From positions 1 through 62,677 of IMG/VR virus record IMGVR_UViG_3300021339_000001: a DNA stretch of 62,677 nucleotides, one strand, 5' to 3'. A program made the translations under genes and the position numbers. The stretch is from a virus. The notes below the pieces were generated by a model. That model worked only from the letters and a program-made list of their open reading frames with translations, did not search any database and had not been told where the DNA came from. Each line of letters begins with the position of its first letter. The first letter of the stretch is position 1. Below, piece after piece: positions 62,584 through 62,677 of the stretch.

Positions 62584-62677
62584 TCCCATAAACTTCCCGT
62601 CGTAGCACGGGAGGAAAAAGGAGCACAAGTTGAATCTCAAGTCGGAAGCTTAAACCTGGCGCCGACGTTCAGTGCAG
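62551..62677. repeat. Right copy of the 127-bp terminal direct repeat
   Basis: Identical to 1..127. Confidence 0.97.

Noticed and set aside
1-62677. Search for CRISPR arrays, rRNA, integrase/attP, transposases and a LysB-type esterase.
   Set aside because: None was recognisable on either strand. The only short tandem repeats are coding ones (16603..16656, 33760..33933) or the iteron field.

Overview
This window looks like a complete, circularly closed genome of a high-GC siphovirus-type actinobacteriophage. Bases 1..127 repeat exactly at 62551..62677, so the unique length is about 62,550 bp.

Layout: a plus-strand late/structural arm wraps the junction and runs about 57358..62491 and then 461..22384. 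It carries receptor-binding-like genes, two tRNAs, an ncRNA locus, terminase, portal, MuF-like protein, scaffold, capsid, connectors, major tail protein, frameshifted chaperone, a 964-aa tape measure, minor tail proteins, an amidase endolysin and holin-like membrane proteins. A minus-strand early/replication arm runs 49785 down to 22356. It is studded with at least 9 near-identical TTGACA-N17/18-TAnnnT promoters. A second plus-strand block (49934..57193) starts with a prim-pol/helicase and an iteron-rich origin-like spacer, followed by small regulatory genes. No integrase, CRISPR array, rRNA or transposase is evident.

Two things stand out:
- A T4-like but non-T4 DNA hypermodification toolkit. 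It comprises dCMP deaminase, a ThyA-fold enzyme with the dCMP-hydroxymethylase signature, a Tmk-like kinase fused to a UDG-like domain, a MazG-like NTP pyrophosphatase and a C5-cytosine methyltransferase. It also has a sugar cassette: a GDP-mannose-3,5-epimerase-like SDR, an RGP/GT75-like protein and a T4 beta-glucosyltransferase-like protein. Together these predict a glycosylated 5-hydroxymethylcytosine carrying an unusual sugar.
- A promoter-to-terminator ncRNA locus (about 51..450) with two circularly permuted, loop-capped tRNA-like domains mounted on long imperfect stems. This is the YrlA/Y-RNA-like tRNA-mimic architecture, and the genome has no Ro60/Rsr gene.

All functional calls come from motif recognition by eye. 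No database searches were run.
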